Positions 6,249 through 11,567 of a DNA stretch of 11,567 nt are shown piece after piece. Position 1 is the first letter of the stretch. Every line of letters starts with the position of its first letter. This DNA comes from Armatimonadia bacterium (GTDB lineage: Bacteria; Armatimonadota; Zipacnadia; Zipacnadales; UBA11051). The stretch is from positions 1 through 11,567 of the forward strand of contig JBDKRC010000336.1 of the NCBI GenBank assembly GCA_039683575.1. Reading direction: 5' to 3'. Below the pieces are notes generated by a model, which worked only from the letters and a program-made list of their open reading frames with translations, searched no databases and had not been told where the DNA came from. The translations under genes and the position numbers were made by a program.

Positions 6249-7406
6249 TCAGGCAAACTGCTCCAGCACCCCGCGCAGCTTCTCTGCGGTCTGCTGGTAG
6301 CCCGCGCGGTCGCCTCCGGTGCCGCTGAGGATGAGCCGCGGCATGAGGTATTCAGCGTTGGGGCATAGTGAGGCGTTGTAGTCTGGCTGGCGCGAGGCGA
6401 AGCCGCAGCCACGCGGGCAGTCCTTGCCGTAGGCAATCTGCTGGTTGATGGCCTGCTGGCGGTAGGCCGGCTGCTGGATGTAGCCGAAGTTGAGCGAGAG
6501 GCCCGCAGCGCTGCAGGCCCGCTTTAAGGTCTCCTGCTCTATCCCCACCTTGTCCCCCTCGTACCGAGCCGCCCAGATGTGGTAGGCGTGGGTTCTATTT
6601 GCCGGGTCTGGGTTCGCCTGTGGCCTGACGATCTCCTCAAATCCCCTCACAGCCTCGCTCAGCAGGTTCGCGTTCTCGATGCAAGTGTCCACATAGCCGC
6701 GGGCGCGCTTGAGCTGCACTCTGCCGATGGCGGCCACGACCTCATTCATGCGGTAGTTCCAGGACAGGCGGGCGGGACAGGTGCCGAAGGTGGTGAGATC
6801 GTACATGATCTGGCGCTTGGCCGGGTCGTGCATGAGGGTCATGCCGCCGTCGCCGAGGGCCATCTGCTTGGACTGCTGGAAGGAGAAGACGCCGATGTCG
6901 CCTACTGTGCCTGCGTAATGGCCCTTGTAGCTGGCATAGATGGCGTGGGCGCAGTCTTCGATCACGGTCAGGCCGTGCTTTCGAGCCAGGGCCATGATCG
7001 GGTCCATGTCGGCCATCAGGCCCCAGAGTTGGGTGACGATGATGGCGCGGGTGCGGTCGGTAAGGTTGGCTTCAAGGGAAGCGGGGTCAACGAGATGGGT
7101 GTCGGGGTCCACGTCGGCGAAAATCGGTATGGCGTTGTGGTACATGATGCCCAGGGCGCCAAAGACGACCATGGGGTCGCAGATGACCTCATCGCCGGGG
7201 CCGGCGCCGGAGGCTGCCACGCCGGCGTGCAGGCCCGCCATGGCATTGACGATGGTCAGGCCCAGCGGCGAGCCAAACTCCGCCGCAAACTCCTGCTCGA
7301 ACCTCTCGGAGAAGGTATCGGTGCCGATGGAGCAGAGGTTGCCGCGGTCAAGCACGTCCTTGACTGCGAGCAGATCCTCTTCATCGAAGACGTGGTAGCC
7401 AGCCAT
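6249..7406 (-). CDS. DegT/DnrJ/EryC1/StrS family PLP-dependent aminotransferase, 385 aa
   Basis: Motifs GAGPGDEVI, PIFADVD, IEDCAHA, SFQQSKQM (PLP lysine), GDGG and WNYRMNE. The true start is ATG 7406 after GGAGGA, not 7979. Confidence 0.93.
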   Translation of the reverse strand: MAGYHVFDEEDLLAVKDVLDRGNLCSIGTDTFSERFEQEFAAEFGSPLGLTIVNAMAGLHAGVAASGAGPGDEVICDPMVVFGALGIMYHNAIPIFADVDPDTHLVDPASLEANLTDRTRAIIVTQLWGLMADMDPIMALARKHGLTVIEDCAHAIYASYKGHYAGTVGDIGVFSFQQSKQMALGDGGMTLMHDPAKRQIMYDLTTFGTCPARLSWNYRMNEVVAAIGRVQLKRARGYVDTCIENANLLSEAVRGFEEIVRPQANPDPANRTHAYHIWAARYEGDKVGIEQETLKRACSAAGLSLNFGYIQQPAYRQQAINQQIAYGKDCPRGCGFASRQPDYNASLCPNAEYLMPRLILSGTGGDRAGYQQTAEKLRGVLEQFA

Positions 7407-7551
7407 GGGGTCCTCCGGTGTAACGACGGATTGGACGCTGCTGGTGCATTTCCGTCGCATCGGGTGGATTCCTGCCTGGGTGCACAAGGTAAAGCCGAAG
7501 CGAGTGTGCAATACATGAAGGTGTGTCTGCTGGATACCTGGAGGGCCTCTC

Positions 7552-9963
7552 ATGCGCTGGCGATTCCCTGTTGTCGTTGCCATCCTGGTCGGCGTAGCCT
7601 CATATGCCGCAGAGACCTCGCTGCCGTTGGTCAATGGCGGCTTTGACGAAGGTTCAAAGGGCTGGACCATGCCTGCGGATGGCATGGGGACGCTGTCCGA
7701 GGAGCAGGCGGCCAGCGGCAAGTGGTCGCTGAAGATCGTGGACGAGGACGACAAACGGGGCTCAAACGTGACGGCAGCGCGGGTGCCGATCCGCGGCGGG
7801 GGCGTGTATGACCTGCGCGGCAAGTACTTCGCGGTCTCCGGCGAAGGGCTGGGGATGTACCTGCGGACGTATGACGCCGCGGGCACGATGCTGAACGGGC
7901 CGGATTCGCATCTGGTGGGACTTGGCGGCACCGACCGCAAGTGGCGCTCCTTCGCGGGGCGCCTGTATGCGGAACCCAACGCGGCCTCGCTTGAGATAAT
8001 GGTCCACAGCTACAACGCCGCGAAGGTGACCGGCTATCTGGATGACTTGCAGTTGGTGGATGTGGGGATGGAGGGGCTGAAGCCGCCGTGGGAGGGACAG
8101 TACAAGCTGCGCCCGGCGGACAAGGAGAAGCTGACGGCGGCAGACGTGGTGGGGCCGGATGGGATTGTGTATCCGAACTGGACGCGGTGCGGCGTGCAGG
8201 GCGGCATCCCGCAGGTGAAGGAGTTTGCGACGCTGGAGCGCTATGGTGGCAAGGCGAATGATGGGCTGGACGACTCGGCGGCCCTGGACCGGGCTTGCGA
8301 GGAGGCAGGAAAGGCTGGCGGGGGAGCGATAGTGCTGGGGGCTGGGACCTATTATCTGGATCGCCCGGTGACTGTCCGGCAGGGCGGGGTGGTGATCCGC
8401 GGGGCTGGCGCGGGCAAGACGCGGGTGATGTTCCGGTACGCGGTGCCGCCGACTGGCGCGGCCTTCTTCACGCCCGCGGCAGGGGCCAAGGTGGGGAAGG
8501 GGACGCGGCTGGAGTTGCATTGCCGGCCTACCGAGCTGCAGCGCATGACGATGCTGGTGGATGATACGGTGATCGGGGAGTGGGGGAGAAGCACACATTC
8601 GGGCAACACGTTCAGCTTTGCACGTTACGGGCGCGACGCCATCGGCAAGGTGCCGGATGGGTCGCATGTGCTCAAAGGGACCGGAACGTACCTGGACGGT
8701 TCGAAGGTGAGCGCGGAAATACCAATCGTCCTTGACAGCACCTACAACGACGCGACGCCGGTACCCAACAGCCGGGCGGCCATCATGTTCGAGGGGCAGG
8801 GATATGCAGGGCCGAGGCTCAAGCTCGCGGAGGATGGCAAGCGGGGGAGCACGGTGCTCAAGCTGGAGAAGGCGGAAGGGTTGGCGGTTGGGGACTGCAT
8901 CCTGATTGAAGGTCCGGCCACCGAACGCTGGAAGACCCTGACGCAGAATATGTGCCTGTGGGGGACGTACCGGCGGTATGAGACCACGGTCAAGCGAATC
9001 GAGGGCAACACGGTCACCCTTGAGCAGCCGCTGCGCATCGAGTTCCCGGTAATTGACGGCTCATACGTGCAGAAGATCGTGCCGATACAGCGGTGTGGCG
9101 TCGAGGACCTGTATCTGGAACAGACCGAGAACCTGTGGATCAGCAGCATCGTGTTCTCACACGGCTGGAACTGCTGGGCCAAGGGCGTCACGATCAAGAA
9201 AATGGGGCGTTTCCCGGTCTACGGCTCGCACGCCAAGTGGTGTGAGATCCGCGACTGCGTCTTCGATGACGCCTGGTTCAAAGGCGGGGGCGGGACGGCC
9301 TACGCGGGTTGGGAGAACTCGTGGGACTGCTTGATGGATGGCATCGAGACCTTCAAACTACGCCACGCGCCGCTGTTTCAGTGGGCGGCCAGCGGCTGCG
9401 TCATCCGCCGGGGTGTGTTCCACGACAGCGACGCCCAGTGGCACTCCGGCTGGACCAACGAAAACCTCTTCGAACAGTGTGTGGTCGAATCGGTGATGGG
9501 CAACGGCGGCTACGGCTTCGGCATGTGGGCCTCCCCGCCCGAGGACAGCGCGCATGGGCCGAACGGGCCGCGGAATGTGGTCTACAACTGTGATGTGAAG
9601 TCGCCGAAGGCGGGGCTGTGGATGGGCGGGATGAACGAGAACTGGATCATCGCGTACAACCGTTTCGACGTGGGAGCCGGGCCCGGCATCTTCGCCAAGA
9701 CCGCCAGCTTCGACCACCTCATCAGCGACAACGTGTTCATCCTGCGTGACGGCAAGTCGGCGCTGCTGCAGCTTGCGACGCCGGACTGTATCGGGGTTGA
9801 GCTACGCGGCAACAAGCTCTATGGCGGCAGCGGGCAGTTAAGCAGTGGGATCGGCAAGCCCGAGGTCGTGGAGGGGAATGTGGCGCTGCCGCTGGGGGAG
9901 GCGGCGCGGCCGCAGCCGGCGGTGCCGTCTATCTATGAGTGGCAGCTAAGGAACGTGAAGTAG
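7552..9963 (+). CDS. Secreted multidomain protein: CBM4/9-like domain + pectate-lyase-3-like beta-helix with inserted Ig-like domain
   Basis: Signal peptide MRWRFPVVVAILVGVASYA. LVNGGFDEG..W..AASGKWSLKI..YLDDLQL is a CBM-like pattern. YGGKANDGLDDSAALDRA..GGGAIVLGAGTYYLDRPV..VVIRGAGAGKT is a beta-helix N-cap. Asn/Cys-ladder coils follow. SD GGAGGG. Confidence 0.85.
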   Translation: MRWRFPVVVAILVGVASYAAETSLPLVNGGFDEGSKGWTMPADGMGTLSEEQAASGKWSLKIVDEDDKRGSNVTAARVPIRGGGVYDLRGKYFAVSGEGLGMYLRTYDAAGTMLNGPDSHLVGLGGTDRKWRSFAGRLYAEPNAASLEIMVHSYNAAKVTGYLDDLQLVDVGMEGLKPPWEGQYKLRPADKEKLTAADVVGPDGIVYPNWTRCGVQGGIPQVKEFATLERYGGKANDGLDDSAALDRACEEAGKAGGGAIVLGAGTYYLDRPVTVRQGGVVIRGAGAGKTRVMFRYAVPPTGAAFFTPAAGAKVGKGTRLELHCRPTELQRMTMLVDDTVIGEWGRSTHSGNTFSFARYGRDAIGKVPDGSHVLKGTGTYLDGSKVSAEIPIVLDSTYNDATPVPNSRAAIMFEGQGYAGPRLKLAEDGKRGSTVLKLEKAEGLAVGDCILIEGPATERWKTLTQNMCLWGTYRRYETTVKRIEGNTVTLEQPLRIEFPVIDGSYVQKIVPIQRCGVEDLYLEQTENLWISSIVFSHGWNCWAKGVTIKKMGRFPVYGSHAKWCEIRDCVFDDAWFKGGGGTAYAGWENSWDCLMDGIETFKLRHAPLFQWAASGCVIRRGVFHDSDAQWHSGWTNENLFEQCVVESVMGNGGYGFGMWASPPEDSAHGPNGPRNVVYNCDVKSPKAGLWMGGMNENWIIAYNRFDVGAGPGIFAKTASFDHLISDNVFILRDGKSALLQLATPDCIGVELRGNKLYGGSGQLSSGIGKPEVVEGNVALPLGEAARPQPAVPSIYEWQLRNVK

Positions 9964-10002
9964 AAGGGGCGATGTGCCATACGTGAAGGGATGCGGTGAC
10001 CT

Positions 10003-10101
10003 GTATCGCGTGGGAGGCACGTATCGCGTGGGAGGCACACTCCGTGTGCCGGAACTTGTGATCGTGACTGGATCCGGCACACGGAGTGTGCCTCCCACGC
10101 G
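10003..10101. repeat. REP doublet (REPIN-like): 29-bp perfect inverted repeat plus 18-bp tandem duplication
   Basis: Arms at 10025-10053 and 10073-10101 with a 19-nt spacer. Each arm is GTGG + GA + palindrome GGCACAC-TCC-GTGTGCC. GTATCGCGTGGGAGGCAC occurs at 10003-10020 and 10021-10038. Confidence 0.85.
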
Positions 10102-10163
10102 TTCCAGAATGGGCTTGCGGTTGTGAGCGGTGATAATGGCGGGAGCGGGCGAGAGACCAGCCC

Positions 10164-11522
10164 TCAGTCGCTCCAGGAGCCCCGTTCGGCGGCTTCCTTG
10201 ATGGCGGTAAGGGCTTGGGTCGCTCCGAGGTTGCCAAGCGTCTTAGCGACGTCTGTGGTCAGCGGCGGCAGGGCGCCTACAGACTCGAAGAAGCGGTTCT
10301 TCTCCGCGATAGCTGTCGGTTCGGGACGAACCGACCTACGCGAGATGATATCATCCACGTATGACACGCCCGCGTAGCGCAGCAGGATCGTGTGGCCGAC
10401 CATGATCCGGGCTCCACGCAGGAAGCTGTCCTTGAAGCGGCTGAGGACCTCGCCGCCGAGGTCGTCCACGAACGGCAGCCCCGCCTTGTTCATCTCCGTG
10501 CCGATGTTGATCGGCAGCCCCATGTCGTCCGCCGCCTCCACCATTTCCGTCAATTTGGCGACCTTGAGCGCCTTCTTTTCAGGGTCGCTGTAGTTCCAGT
10601 TGCGGTCGGGGATGATGTTGAGCGCCGCGCAGCCCTTGGCGGTGAGGCATTCAAGCATCGCGCGGGCGTCGCTCTCACCGCTGCTGGTGCCGTCCAGCCA
10701 CGTTACCATCGGGATGGCGCGGCAGGACAGGACCCAGTTGACGAAATCATCCACGGCGGGGAAGGTGTCCTCAGACGGCTGGACGTAGCCGAAGCCGCCC
10801 TTCTTGGCGAGCCTGGAGCGGACGGCCTCCTCCAGCGACGGCTTGCCGAGCATCCCCTTGGCATCCTCCACTGACTTGCCCAGTAGCTCAGCCCAGTATG
10901 CCGCAATGGCGTCGGGCGTGCCGAAGCGCTCTTCGGCCTTGTTGACGTACGCGCGCATGATGTGGCGCTCCGTGGCGCCTTGCAGGGGTGTGAGGGGCAG
11001 GACGTCAGCGGCGTAGTCCACAGCGATGTCTGGCACGTGCGGGTTGATGCGGTCGATCAGCTCCACGTTACGCCTTCCGGCGGCGTCTTTGAGGTCCGCT
11101 AGGCCCTGGGCCTCGGGCGAACCAGGGGGCAGTTCGCGAGCGAAGCCGGCGCCCATGATGTAGGTCACGCCCGGCTCGCCGGGAGAGCTGATCTCATGGT
11201 CCGCGTACTCACGCAGGTAAGCGCGGGTCTCGAGGTTGACCGTCGAGCGCAGGCCGAGGAGCTCCCCAGCCTGCAGGAACTCCTCCAGACCATCCAGCAC
11301 GTCGAAGTCGCAGAGCCCGGCGGCATAGAGGCCGGCCTTGCGGGCGGCAACGGCGATGTGGGAGGGCGACCAGCCTTCGGCGTTGTAGGAGAAGAATGAG
11401 TGGAAGTGCAGGTTGACGTTGTCGGTCTGCGCCGGGGGAGAGGCCAGGAGGCCGGGCGCAAGCTGGGAGAGGGCCTGACGGCGAATGGCGGGGTCGAAGG
11501 CGTCTAATTGGTGGTCGGTCAT
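10164..11522 (-). CDS. PHP-domain-like protein with altered metal-binding motifs, 452 aa
   Basis: NLHFHSFFS..G.SP..IAVAARKAGL..AGLCDFDVLDG..E follows the PHP N-terminal pattern. Strong GC3 codon bias; GGAG SD. Confidence 0.78.
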   Translation of the reverse strand: MTDHQLDAFDPAIRRQALSQLAPGLLASPPAQTDNVNLHFHSFFSYNAEGWSPSHIAVAARKAGLYAAGLCDFDVLDGLEEFLQAGELLGLRSTVNLETRAYLREYADHEISSPGEPGVTYIMGAGFARELPPGSPEAQGLADLKDAAGRRNVELIDRINPHVPDIAVDYAADVLPLTPLQGATERHIMRAYVNKAEERFGTPDAIAAYWAELLGKSVEDAKGMLGKPSLEEAVRSRLAKKGGFGYVQPSEDTFPAVDDFVNWVLSCRAIPMVTWLDGTSSGESDARAMLECLTAKGCAALNIIPDRNWNYSDPEKKALKVAKLTEMVEAADDMGLPINIGTEMNKAGLPFVDDLGGEVLSRFKDSFLRGARIMVGHTILLRYAGVSYVDDIISRRSVRPEPTAIAEKNRFFESVGALPPLTTDVAKTLGNLGATQALTAIKEAAERGSWSD

Positions 11523-11541
11523 GAGTTGGTCTCCGGATGCT

Positions 11542-11566
11542 GTAGGGCGGGGGCTCGTACCCCGCC
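11542..11566. repeat. GTAG-type REP-like hairpin (any partner arm would lie outside the window)
   Basis: GTAG followed by GGCGGGG-GCTCGTA-CCCCGCC. Confidence 0.6.
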
Positions 11567-11567
11567 G

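Noticed and set aside
6073-6300. 75-aa Phe-rich plus-strand ORF
   Set aside because: It is the antisense reading of the Lys-rich microprotein; promoter, SD and terminator all support the minus strand.
7407-7979. 191-aa N-terminal extension of the second aminotransferase in the ORF track
   Set aside because: It overlaps the divergent 803-aa gene and looks non-coding; a strong SD supports ATG 7406.
10003-10101. Possible mini CRISPR array
   Set aside because: The direct repeats are adjacent with no spacer, the third copy is inverted, and no cas genes are present.
10121-10137. TTGTGAGCGGTGATAAT resembles the lac operator
   Set aside because: Only 10 contiguous bases match, dyad symmetry is lacking, and it lies between convergent gene ends; likely chance.

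Overview
GC-rich bacterial chromosomal window containing a housekeeping gene (gltX) among accessory genes. From left to right it holds: a partial Hcp-like (T6SS tube fold) gene that unusually starts with a Sec-type signal peptide and is missing from the ORF track; an AbrB-type antitoxin/PIN toxin (VapBC-like) pair with its own promoter and operator; a DegT/DnrJ/EryC1/StrS aminotransferase; a membrane-anchored ankyrin-repeat protein; gltX; an unannotated 38-aa Cys/Lys-rich microprotein with its own promoter and terminator; a second DegT-family aminotransferase; a large secreted CBM + beta-helix protein with an inserted Ig-like domain; a REP doublet with an 18-bp tandem duplication; a degenerate PHP-domain protein; and a second REP-like hairpin at the right edge. 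The best leads are the signal-peptide Hcp and the microprotein. All family calls come from motif recognition by eye; no searches were run.
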